DNA from: Malacoraja senta
Lineage: Eukaryota
NCBI GenBank assembly: GCA_038087875.1
Contig: CM075978.1
Coordinates: forward strand, 139,376,001 to 139,440,000
Length of the DNA stretch: 64,000 nucleotides
Reading direction: 5' to 3'
The position numbers and the translations under genes were made by a program. This document shows, piece by piece, positions 52,942 to 64,000 of the stretch. The first letter of the stretch is position 1. Each line of letters begins with the position of its first letter. The notes beneath the pieces are model-generated. The model saw only the letters and a program-made list of their open reading frames with translations, did no database searches and was not told the origin of the DNA.

Positions 52942-54840
52942 TTTAAACTGCCACAGCTGTCCCATCCAACTAAATTTCAAATATCTACGGTATTTGTAAT
53001 GAATTGGTACTGAATAATATGCATCTTTCAGATCTATGCTTGCCATATAACATCCTTTGGAAACCAATTGCTGATAGTGTCCGATCCGATTAGTTTAAAG
53101 ATTTTCTGCAGCCTTAGTTCCTGTGATCGCATGGTTGCACCCATTTGCCCCCAGATAGCCTGGTTCATGGTGGGCATTGAGTGATGCACAATTTACAAGT
53201 GTTTCGTATCGTTTTGAGGTTTCCTCCATTTTTAATTCTTGGAGCTGGTGAGAGGCCATATAGTTGATATTTTGAGCCAGATTTTCCTCCATTGCCTCAC
53301 TAGCTCCTGCCAGTATGGCGAATCTGCATGCCACATCCGGCACACCTGGAGCTAAGCTCTTGTGCCTTGGGTTATGCTCCTCTGCTATACCTCCAACTTC
53401 AGGGTCAGTATCATACTGTCCTGGCTCTCCCTGCTCTTGCATGAGGGAGGTATCATGCAGCCCTTGACATGGCGCTGCTGGTATGGCACACCTGGAGCTA
53501 AGCTCTTGTGCCTTGGGGTATGCTCCTCCGCTATACCTCCAACTTCAGGGTCAGTGCCATATTGCCCTGGCTCTCCCTCCTCTTGCATGAGGGAGGCTTC
53601 AGCAGCCCTTGACATGGTGCTACTGGTATGGGCCCCCATGTAGACCCGCGGATGTTTGGTTCCTCCTGTTGGTACGGTCTTCCCTGTATAGACCTCTGCT
53701 GGAAGTTGCTGCCGTGGGCTGATGGGGTGACCCTTGAGTATAGAACTCTTCTTGAGGATTCTCTTGAACATAGTTTGAGGCTGAAACAGTTGTTTTTAAC
53801 CACATACAGCATTAGAATATCTTTCAGACCTAACAAATGTCTTAGAGCTCTGAGCAGTCCAAGCATTGGTTTTAGTAAAGTGGTAAATAACCTGGGAACT
53901 GAAGGTAACCCATTTTGCAAAGTTTATTATTGTTTTATCCAGATAATTTTCAAAATGTCTCTGATGATCTCTGTAAATGGGAGCATCTTAACGAAATCAG
54001 ATGCGAAGTAATCGACATTCTGCATCTTTTCCAAATGGACAGGTCACGCCTGTGAATTCCGTACCTGCTTGAGCTACAATAATGGCCCATTTTCAGAGCT
54101 AGTCCCGAAAGCCATTCCTGGCCATAATTCTGAGCCTGCCCTGAAAAACAACTCTGGACAATTTCTGTGCTTGGAACCTTAGCTTTGTGCAGCTTTATAT
54201 GGTTAGATCTCATCCATTTGTGTAAGGCCACCAGGACCCCTTTCATCCTTATCAAGGGAAAATGCTATTTTCGTACAACACATAACCCAAACACATGTTA
54301 TCATTATCATTAGTACCAACAAGTGTGATTATTGCGAACTTGTAGATGGTCCCATATTTTCTCTGAGCCCGACTTGGGTCTCGAATTTGAAGACCTCTGT
54401 CCAACTTTCATGCTGCCACCAACTTCAGTGAACTGTTTACTGTCAACGAAGGCGTGGGGTGTGTTGTTGCCACAACGATAAAGCTTGCTCTTTAATGGTA
54501 CCTCAATTGGTCCGACAATTTTGCTTCTTTATCCAGGTTTTTACCTGTTGAATAGGTTTTACCTTAAGAGAAAGTTCAGCGGCTTGTTTTAATGTCACCC
54601 CTGAAGCGTTTTTATTCCCGTCATTTATAGCATGAGGGGAACTCTAGCCCCTTCCGGGTATTTGCCACCTTTGCGAGGATTCCCTTGTCCATACGCATTT
54701 ATTCCAGTACGTTCCACAGACATGTTTTTAGAATTTTTTTGAAGTTGGTTACACTGACCACTGGTACTCTCTTTCATAGAGAGAGGATTTTGGACAGCCA
54801 TGACCAGGTGCTGCAACTAGAGTTTCCTGAAGAGACCTTC

Positions 54841-55168
54841 GAATATAAAGCTCCCTTACTGGAGCATATCCTGCTGGAGCTGTGCTCAACAACCTTCCTT
54901 GGCTTTATGCCTTGGGGTATGCTTTCCAATACCTCCAACCTCAGAGTCAACCTCTACCTCAGGATATAAAGCTTTTTTGCTGGAGGATATCATGCTGGAG
55001 CTGTGCTCAAACAGCCTTGCTTGGCTTTATGCCTTGGGGTATGGTTTCCAATACTTCCAATCTCAGAATATAAAGCTCCTTGCTGGAGCAAATCATGCTG
55101 GAGCTGTGCTCAAACAGCTTTCTTGGCTTTGTGCCTACGGGTATGCTTTCCAATACCTCCAACCTCAG
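54841..55168. repeat. Three diverged tandem units of ~105-120 bp inside the DIRS gag-like region
   Basis: Repeated atataaagct...gctggagctgtgctcaa...ggggtatgctttccaatacctccaacctcag. Confidence 0.85.
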
Positions 55169-56149
55169 TGACAGAACTAAACTGCCCTGGTAGGCTCAAC
55201 CTCCTTCATGAGGGAGACATAATGCAGCCTGTCTACAGGTGCTGCTGCCGTGGTCCCCCAAGAGGACCCGTGGATATAAGCTCCTGTTCCTGGAGCTGAT
55301 TTTCTCTATACAGCCCTTACCTGAGCTGCTGCCACTGCCCTTGGGGTGACCTTGGGTATGAAGCTCCTCCTGGAGCCTGTCGTGATGGAGCATTCCTTCT
55401 ATCAGGTGCTCCATCTTACCAGACGTCCACAGACGTCGCTTTTATTGGGAGGTGTATCCTCCTGACCCGATTCACGGGTTTGTTTTGAGTGGCTCTTTTC
55501 CCCCACCGGATTAGCCACGCACCCTAATACCGTAAGGACTTACCCTAATACCGTAAGGACTTACCCCTCCACGGGAACCTCCGCGGTCTGGAAGTCGTTG
55601 ACTGCCTTGTCAGCGGCTGGAGTAACGCACCCGACGTCCGCCGGCTCCCCCCGCGTTTGCGGTCTGGACTTGGGTCTTTCCACAGCCCAATGCCGGTTTC
55701 CCCGCGGCTCGACCAGACTGCGCTACTATAGCCAGCAGGAAACCTCTGTAAGAGGAGGTTCCTGCAGGAAAACACATCCTGGTAAATATTGAAACTTACC
55801 TGCAGGTTTTTTACTTACCGCTGGCAGGAATGAGTTGCCTCTCGCCAGTGCGGATAACGTAATGACACTCATGCGGACTGGCGGGGCGTCTTCACGGAAT
55901 CACTCACGTGACTCCGAAGTAAAATCATACATCTCATTGTACACTCCAAGTTGAAGTACATTTGCACTTAAGTGATGCTTTAGATTATGTCCCATTAGTA
56001 AAAATAGATTTTGAGACAACATCCCAATGTCTCAAGCTGTGACGAATAAAATTGACTTTGACTTTGGGAGCGAGTCTGCCAAACATGGTTGTTCAGACTA
56101 TTTTGGAATGAGTTTGTTTCTTTTGAAGATAAAGGCTGAAAGTAGAGAA

Positions 56150-57036
56150 CCTATTTACCCCATCTTTTCAATCAGACTGTTCCAGTTTGTAACCACTCTC
56201 TGGGTGGGGGGAAAAAAACTCTTCCTCATATCCACTTTAAACCTGTGTCCACTGGTGTCAGACATTTCTGCCATAGGGAAAATATCCTTGCTATTCACCC
56301 TGTCGATATCTCTCCGAATTCTGTAGACCTCTGTCAGGTACTCCTTCAGCCTGCTCTGCTCCAAGCAGAACAGATCCAGCTAACTAATCCTTCATCAGTA
56401 GAGTTGCATCTTTCCTCTAATGTGGTGACCAGAACTGCACACAATATTAACCAATTCTGTGCCCCAGCTAATCCAAGCACGCATCCCATATGTCTTCAGC
56501 ACTTTATCTAGCTGTGCTGATCTTTGGGCCTTTGCATAAGCTCCCTTTGATCTTTAATACTCCTGAGCGCTACCATTCATGGTGCATGTTCTACCCTTTC
56601 TAGACCTTCCAAAATGAATCACGTCACATTTATCAGGTTTAAAGTCTATCTGCCGTTGTCCCATTGTGATCTTTGTCGTTCTGTTGCCCAAAGTGTATAA
56701 AATGTTTGTAGTGTATAAAATCATAAGAGGAATAGATCGGGAAGATGCACAGTGTCTCTTGCCCAGAATAGTGAATTAAGGACCAGAGGAAATAGGTTTA
56801 AGGTGAAAGGGAAAAGTTTTAATAGGAATCTGAATGGTAACTTTTTCACACAAAGGGCAGTGGGGGTATGGAACAAGTTGCCAGAGGAGGTTGCTGAGGC
56901 TGGGACTATCCCAACGTTTAAGAAACAGTTAGACAGGTTTGGAGGGATATGGGCCAACCACTGGGAATAGTGTAGCTGGGACATGTTGGCAAGTTGGGCT
57001 GAAGGGCCTGTTTCCACGCTGTTTCGCTCTATGACT
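56150..57036. mobile_element. CR1/HER1-like LINE fragments: ~56150-56660 (-) and ~56715-57036 (+)
   Basis: TQRVVTNWNSL (-) and RTRGNRFKVKG...FFTQRAVGVWNKLPEEV (+); the + copy ends in the gaagggcctgtttcc tail shared with the SINEs. Confidence 0.8.
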
Positions 57037-57359
57037 ACAAGGCTACCCTCCTCACTAACATCAACACACTACATAATATCCAAGGTAGACAAAAATGCTG
57101 GAGAAACTCAGCGGGTGAGGCAGTATTTATGTGAGGCAACATAATATCTATGTATTTTGGAATAGAAAGTGAGATCTAAACTTGTCTTGGAATCCTAACT
57201 CCTGCAAGTGATGCCACAGCACCATCGCTAGGATAACGTATAATGAGATTTTGACAAGTTTTCGTTAAAGTTTATTTTATAACTGGATGTTTTCATGTGC
57301 GATCCGGACAGGAAGTAATATAGGCAATATTTGCATAAAGGCACAAAGCAAAACAATAC

Positions 57360-57599
57360 TAGGCATTTCTTGTGAGGCAACTCTCCCCGTGACCACATGA
57401 TGCTGACCTCCTGATGCTCCAGTTTCCTGCCACATCCCAAAGATGGGGTTTGTAGGTTAATTGACCTCTAAATTGCCCCTAGTGTGCAGGGAGTGTGAAG
57501 TAGGATAACAAAGAACTTGTGAGAATAGCTGATCGATGGTTGTTGTGGTCTGGGTGGGCCGAAGGGCCTGTTTCCATGCTGTATCTCTAAACTAAACTA
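57360..57599 (+). mobile_element. 5'-truncated HE1-like SINE
   Basis: ctccccgtgacc...ttgtaggttaattg...gggccgaagggcctgtttcc...ctaaactaaact. Confidence 0.8.
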
Positions 57600-58572
57600 C
57601 CAAATTTCATCTGCGATAGAATTGCAATCCTATAACAGGATAGTACTATAGCTCACTTGCTAATTTGAAATCAAAATGTAATTTGTTTTGTTTTTATGAA
57701 ATCTGGGAACAGAGTGTAATGCATTTCCATAACTGATCATAAAATGTTTGAATGGGTAACAGAAATATGATTTAGAATATATTCAGTTTGTATTGATGGG
57801 ATGAGTTATGTGATGTGCCTACATTATTACTTGTATGTGCATAGTCAGATCAGTTCCCACATGCACAATTTTGTGTTCAGCCTTTCTTTGGAAATGCTTA
57901 ATATTTATTATTGTCCCAACATATTTGTTAGGACTGTAACTATCATTGTAAATTTTACTCCATCCATTTATTAAATACAATATAATTGCTGAAGCAGAGA
58001 CACATGCTGCTCAGCTTCTGAACGACGCAGAATTTATCCTATGTCAACATTCAAAATTAAGATGTTTTCCTTAATAGCAAGTAAATTGTATTTACAATGA
58101 AGAAAGGTATCTTTTCATTGATGAACCAAAAATATGGGGATATAATGATAGCTTCTGGAGCAGTATTTTGCTCTTTCTTTCTTTGTGATTGAGTTGGTGA
58201 GGAGTCATGAGCTTGTTGGTGTTGTCTTTTCATCTGGATTATATTGCATTAGTTTTATTTCCTTACAAAATCTATCATACTGTATGTACAGTATCTCCCT
58301 CGTTCTGCAACAAATGATAAATCTCAGCAAATGAAAGCAGTCACTGATTTATACTTAGCTTATTCAGCCAATATTTCCTGCCAATATGCTATTGCATTAG
58401 GTGCAAGATAATTACAGTACTTTGATTAAGAAAAAATGCGAACAAATCAATTTACTTGCACTCTCCCCTGCACCTACATTACTGTATATTTCTGCTTCTT
58501 GTTTTGCATTTTAACCTTGCTGCTGTGGCCATTTCTTGAATATGATCTGCATTAATCACAATTCAAGGACTA

Positions 58573-58958
58573 CTGGGTCTCCTCCATTGCCAGTGTGAAA
58601 CCCAGCACAAATTGGAGGAACAGCACCTCATTGGGTAGTTGACACCCCAGCGGTATGAACATTGACTTCTCCAATTTCAGATAGTCCTTGCTTTCTCCCT
58701 CCTTCCCCTCCCCTTCCCAGCTCTCCCACAAGCCTACTGTCTCTGCCTCTTCCTTTCTTTTTCCAACCCCCCCCCCCGACATCAGTCTGAAGAAGGGTCT
58801 CGACTCGAAACGTCGCCTATTCCTTCTCTCCATAGATGCTGCCCCACCCACTGAGTTTCTCCAGCATTTTTGTCTATCTTCAAGGAATAAAACATGGTTG
58901 TCTACCTTCGATTTTATTGTCTACCTTCGATTTTTCCAGCATCTGCCGTTCTTTCTTA
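58573..58958 (+). mobile_element. Penelope-like 3' end with hammerhead motif at 58787-58814
   Basis: PSGMNIDFSNFR end of endonuclease, then CTGAAGAAGGGTCTCGACTCGAAACGTC. Confidence 0.88.
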
Positions 58959-59252
58959 AACGTGTTTATTCCTCAGTATCTTTGTCACTGCAAATTGTGT
59001 AAAAAATGGAATGTTGGGTATTATGAAGATTATTTCTTCTTTTAACATAATCTTGAAATTACAAAATGGGAAAAGTGCAAGCAAAAGTATTGCTTTCATT
59101 TCATGAAATCTTTCACATGTACAGGAAAAGTAGAAAATCTTCATTTAATGATAAATGGAAAAAGTCAAAATCTGGACTTGCAGCATTCCCTAAGAGTGCT
59201 CACTTCAAGGGATACAACCTGAATGACCCACTGCAAATTAGTGGAAAGAGTA

Positions 59253-60112
59253 CAGTACACCCTCTTTTTAAAGGACCCCTTTATAACGAACGGACCTGCT
59301 GGCGCCGCCCCGGCTTCCGATGTCACCCCATCTCGCAAGGTGCACCAGCGAGCCCTCTTCACCGCATGGTCTCATTGACGTGGCTGTTATTGCGGCTCAC
59401 GTTATGACCCCTGGGGACAGAGCTTTTTATTCAGACCACCACCACTGACAGGACATTCTTGGTCACTGTGGGGCTTCCTCCCCTTGCACCAGCTGCCGCT
59501 TCTTCCTATCATTGTCGCTTTGTCTACATGCGCTATGTGCCCCCTCCCTCCGCCACTGCCTCCTTCTCCTCCCCCTGTCACTTTGTCCACTCAGCCTCTC
59601 CCTTCCTCCACCATCGCGTTCTCCTCCCCCCGGAGTTGCCGACATACTCCACCTTGGAAGATATCGGGTGACTGCAGGGGAGGTGGTGGCGGGGCAGCAG
59701 ACAAGGCAACGGGTAGAGGGGACTGAGTCCCACGGTGACCGAACACATCCTGTTGGTAACGACAGCCTGAAGAAAGCGTCCTGTCGGGGGGATGCAATGT
59801 GAGCAGCAACAACAGCCACATCAACTGGTGAAGAAGGGCTCATTGGTGCATACCTGCAGCATCAGTGCCTAGTTTTGTGGTGAAACCACATTGTGAGGAG
59901 TAACTCAGCAGACTGAATCAGTGTTCTCCAGAAATGCTGCCTGACCCACTGAGTCACTCCAGTACTTTGTGTCATTTTGTGTCTGAACCATCATGTACAG
60001 TTCTTTGTTTCAACTATATACAATGATAAAATCTTACTCGGTTAGTGTGGACAGTCATCAACAATAATGGACACCCCCCCCCCCAAGGGTCCATTATAAC
60101 AAGAGTTTGCTG
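59253..60112. mobile_element. pogo/Tigger-like non-autonomous transposon containing a PLE terminal fragment (~59895-60015)
   Basis: TA|cagtacaccctctttttaaaggaccc ... gggtccattataacaagagtttgctg|TA; GC-rich interior. Confidence 0.7.
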
Positions 60113-60716
60113 TACTGCCAACTAATCCATGGAATCGTATATGGGTCACTTTGTGGGAAATGGGGACTAAGGAGAGCAAAGTTGTACCATTTAGTATCAG
60201 CAACGAGGGTTATGTTCTTTGAGAAAAATCAGCACCATCCTGACAGTAAAATGCAATAAACTAATTGAACATAAGGTTTCTCAGCAGAAATATTGGTTTA
60301 TGAAGGTGATAATGGATTATGCTAATCAGGGTACTATGATATATTTTAGTTTGCCGCATTGCTATTAAGCCATAAACAAATAAAGTTCAGCTATCTGGTC
60401 AAATTACTATATTAACGCTTAGTAGAAATATTGATGATGCAGTTTTGACTACAGATGGATTTATTTCTTCCTCTTGCTTTGAACCTACTTACACTACAAA
60501 GATTCCGTAACATGAATCTTAAATAAAGAATTATCGGTTTCCATGTTCAGAACTTTTGATTGTTTATTGTTTGTGTTTGTGTTTTTTTTTAAGGTTGCAT
60601 TTCTGTCCTCTTGTCATGTAATTGGGATCTAGATTCACAACACCATTCTTCAGACTGCTAATTTGTTATCTTGTTTCCTCTGCATACATTGAACCTTAAT
60701 TCTGATTGCTTTTGAG

Positions 60717-60761
60717 GGGCCCAAGTGAAGGTGAAGGCAGTGGCAGAGCAGACACTGCAAG
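60717..60761 (+). CDS. MARK1: MARK1 exon 17, 45-nt small exon (R)GPSEGEGSGRADTA(R)
   Basis: gag|GGGCCCA...ACTGCAAG|gtgagg; phase 2-2; resembles human RDPSEGEASGRTDTSR. Confidence 0.88.
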
Positions 60762-61219
60762 GTGAGGAGAAGTGCTATTATTCTCATGTGTAATGATTAC
60801 TTTGGTTGCTGAAATTATATTGGTGAAGGTCACCATTTTTAACTTTAGAGTTAAGCATCCATTTTCATGTTGGAAGGGAGGGGATGCACTCCACTGATTA
60901 TGGAGTGAAAAAGGAAACCAACCTCATCGAAAGATTTAGTAAACATTTTCCCTGCAATAACACAATTACACATTTTAAACTATAATGCTCATCTTTAAAC
61001 ATATGTATGATAAAGAGACTCTTCTGATAGTTCTTTCTCGCCAAAACTGGTGGTGAAATGTTGAATGGAAACTGACATATCGAACAAAATGACACGTTAT
61101 ACTTTGAATAAATTAGTGGGCCAATTATTATTAAGCTGCAATATACAAATGGTATTCTAACGAGCTGAAGATATTATATATTTTAAAGTGTGTACAAATA
61201 GGCCGTTTCGTGAGCCGCT

Positions 61220-61966
61220 TAGAATCAGAATCAGATTTTATTCGCCAAGTATGTTTTGCAACATATGAATAATTTCACTGGCCAGGTCAGTCATACAATT
61301 AAAAGCAACAAATTACTCAAAAACACATTTTAACATGAACATCCACCACAGTGACTCCTACACATTCCTCACTGTGATGGAAGGCGAAATAAAGTACGTC
61401 CTTCCTTTTGTTCTTCCTCAGTCAGAGGCCTCGAGCCCTCCGTTGACGGGACGGTCTTGACTCCCGTAGCCGGCGGCGTTCGGGCCCTCCGCGTGGAGGC
61501 GTTCAGCTCCTGCATCGGGGGGGGGGGGGTTGTCAGCTCCCCCGCGCCGGGCGACCGAACCTCGCGTCGGGGCTGGTCGAACCTTCTGCGGCGTTGGAGC
61601 TCCCGACTAGCCTCTCCCGAGCCCTTGATGGTAAGTCCACAGGCCGTGGTGGGAGGGATCCCAGGCAATGGATCCGCTCCAATGTTAAGTCCGCGCCCCG
61701 CAGTGGGGCTCACGACAGTCCGAGGAGGCCTCCAGCTCCAGCGATGGTAGGCCACAAAGCCCAGAGAATGTGATCTGAAAATTGATCACATCTCCAGGAA
61801 GGTAGGAACTTGAAAAAAAGTTTCCCCTAAACCCCTCCCCCTCCCCCCACATAAAACAGACCGAAGTACATTAAAACAATCTTTTAACAAACGATAAAAA
61901 TAACAAAAAGATGAAAAAACAAACAGACTGCTGGCAGGGCTGCCATCTCCCCGGCGCCCCTGGTGG
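61220..61966 (-). mobile_element. Non-autonomous GC-rich retroposon, same family as 19667-20476, with a different tail
   Basis: Reverse strand starts ...gccagcagtctgtttg and ends catacttggcgaataaa plus (tctgat)n. Confidence 0.7.
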
Positions 61967-64000
61967 TCTATATCTTTGTTACCAATGGCCACTTCTATTT
62001 AATTAATACAGTTTTAAGATGGGGCCGGGTGGATGGATACTAAAAAGGTATGCATTAGCGTGCATGTTAAAGTCGGAAAGCAAGGTAGGAAGTTTCAGAG
62101 AAAGGACTTTTTGCAGTTGAAGGAGCACAGATTTTAGAGAGTTATAGGGTTGGAACAATTTACAGAGAGAAGGATTTAAAATAATATTTAATTTTTTTTA
62201 ATCGTCGCAGGCTTAATCAAGACGTCATCAAGAATAGGTAAAGTGGGTGGATGACATTTGATGTGTTAATATTCAAAGGAGAAATTTCAATGACTTCAAA
62301 CTTAGCGAAGCTTTGGGAGGTCAGCCACTAATAGTTAGGACAAGGTGTTCAGCAACAAAGGAATAGAGGCAGAGGCAGAGTTGGATTCCATTAAAGATAT
62401 AGCATTCAGTGGACTTGGTATTCATATGGATTTGTGACCAAAGTTGGAGCAATAGAATTGATTTGTGGCAGTGGATGTTAAATGATCAGTCTTCTTGGAG
62501 ATGTTGCAATGATCAAGAGAGAGGGTGACGAGGTGTTGGATTGTGTCTGGCATATTGTAATAATGTAAATTGTCTCATTCTGAAGGAGTCCTTAGCATTG
62601 ATTCGGTTTTCAGTCAAGAATACCCTTGTGAGTTGTGCGGCTGCCTCTCTTCATACAGCTGAGAGATTCTGAATGATGTTGCAAAGGAGTAGAATGTAAA
62701 TTATTGTTGGTAGGGGGTGGAGTAGCAGCCGTGGATAAATCATTAGGAAGCCAAAAGGTAAGAGAGTGGGGGAATGAGAAAAGGCTTATTTCATCTCAGC
62801 TGTATGAAGAGAGGCAGCTGCACAACACACAAGGGTATTCTTGACTGAAATCTGAATCTATGCTTAAGACTCCTTCAGAATATGAGACAATTTACAGGAA
62901 TTACCATGTATTGTTTTATATTGCTGACTCTGGTTTCATCGTCAATTCAGTAGGTCATGGGTTGAATTTTAGCCATGCGATAGACAGTATTTCATCAATA
63001 TATAATATTAGGTGGCATACAGTAGAACATATTTCATTTAAAATCTCTTATTACAGGCCCATCATTATAATGAGATCTTATCTTTGGCCCTAAGAAAGAT
63101 TTTATTATTGCCAGTGTAGAAGTTCAAAATTCACTGTGATTCAATGATAATAACTATCATTAAATCATGCACATCTGCAATAATTACTTTCGATTACAGT
63201 TCAAATTCAAGATTCTTCCATCCTGGTTGGAAGATTTTGATTAATGATTCACTTGTTGCTGACATTTAAAATGATTACCTTCCAAAACATGTTGAAGTAG
63301 AACAGGAATATTTGATATCTACATACAATATAAAATTCTTCATCTGCACTAGGTGACAGGAGATGGAATTATTAATATTTAAAACATTATTTATTTTAGT
63401 CCATTGATATTCAAAATTTGTTGGAAAAACAGTAGTAAAGTTATGATCCCTAGTTTTAGGAGGTTATTGCATTATCAACAATTTAATGTTAGGTGGAAAT
63501 ATGCAATTTCCAATTTGCCACATATTGACAAACAACTTTGGTCCTATCCCAATGGTTTTAAGCAAAGGAGTGCACTTGCCTGTTCATCTGAAGAGTTAAG
63601 TTTAGATCATTAATGAAAATTAATCTTGCACACAATTCAAGTCATAAAGGCCTAGTGGCCTAGTTACTTAATTTGTAGCTCTTACATATCAGCAGATCTG
63701 GAAAGTCCGTAAAGAGCACAATAAAATTGGAGTTAAAACAAAACAAAAATCACCAATATTGTGTCAGAATTACCATGAACAATACCGTGACTCTTGGGAT
63801 CAATTTCTCAAAGCAAAACTATTTTGATACTGCAAAATGAATATGGAATTTGGAATGTAATACAAGAATAATTTGGAACATGACAGTAATAGTAACATAT
63901 TTTGCAGGCTGATGGTGACCCATGGTTCATAAAGTTATGCATGAATTGACACCTAATGCATGTTGTAAAGCAACTGATAAAGATTGATTGATAAGAATAA

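Larger units (their letters stand above)
50678..55925 (-). mobile_element. DIRS1-type tyrosine-recombinase retrotransposon (coding-degenerate)
   Basis: Short ITRs (50750-50784 and 55862-55896); internal complementary region 50900-51010 matching both termini; minus-strand RT motifs MASIDLKDAYYSVPI (~53010-53050), LPNGLTSA and MAYLDDVLI (~52230-52345); YR motif SHSTRAA...ILATAGW (~51210-51300). Confidence 0.92.

Noticed and set aside
54841-55168. Regularly spaced repeats as a CRISPR-like array
   Set aside because: Eukaryotic context; whole units are homologous with no unique spacers, so this is a tandem duplication within DIRS
58078-58106. Possible micro-exon between ttccttaatag and gtatcttt, resembling U12 signals or the 27-nt MARK2/3 micro-exon
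   Set aside because: 29 nt, frame-shifting, has an in-frame stop and no peptide similarity; the donor deviates from GTATCCTT
60690-60716. ccttaat upstream of exon 17 as a U12 branch point
   Set aside because: The upstream donor (gtaggt) is U2-type, so a minor-class intron is unsupported
60762-64000. Terminal KA1-domain exon (KPRSLRFTW...)
   Set aside because: Not seen; presumably downstream of the window

Overview
Eukaryotic, AT-rich vertebrate genomic DNA. The repeat content (HE1/V-SINE-like SINEs, HER1/CR1-like LINEs, Penelope-like elements) points to a cartilaginous fish, probably a skate or ray (inference). The window lies inside one + strand gene, a MARK-family Ser/Thr kinase most similar to MARK1. 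I reconstructed 14 consecutive coding exons (equivalent to human exons 4-17; 1742 nt, one open frame, GT-AG junctions with matching phases) between 21829 and 60761. Exons 1-3 and the last, KA1-domain exon were not found and presumably lie outside the window. The introns hold many mobile elements: several Penelope-like (RT plus GIY-YIG) insertions with long target-site duplications (TSDs) and minimal hammerhead-ribozyme motifs; a 5.25 kb DIRS-type tyrosine-recombinase retroelement with near-perfect terminal and internal complementary sequences but shattered, internally duplicated ORFs and a nested MITE; a full-length decayed Tc1 element; a solo LTR; pogo-like MITEs; and a non-autonomous retroposon family whose two copies carry different 3' tails. 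Almost all ORFs in the supplied track are spurious or transposon-derived. Family assignments are from recalled motifs; no database search was run.
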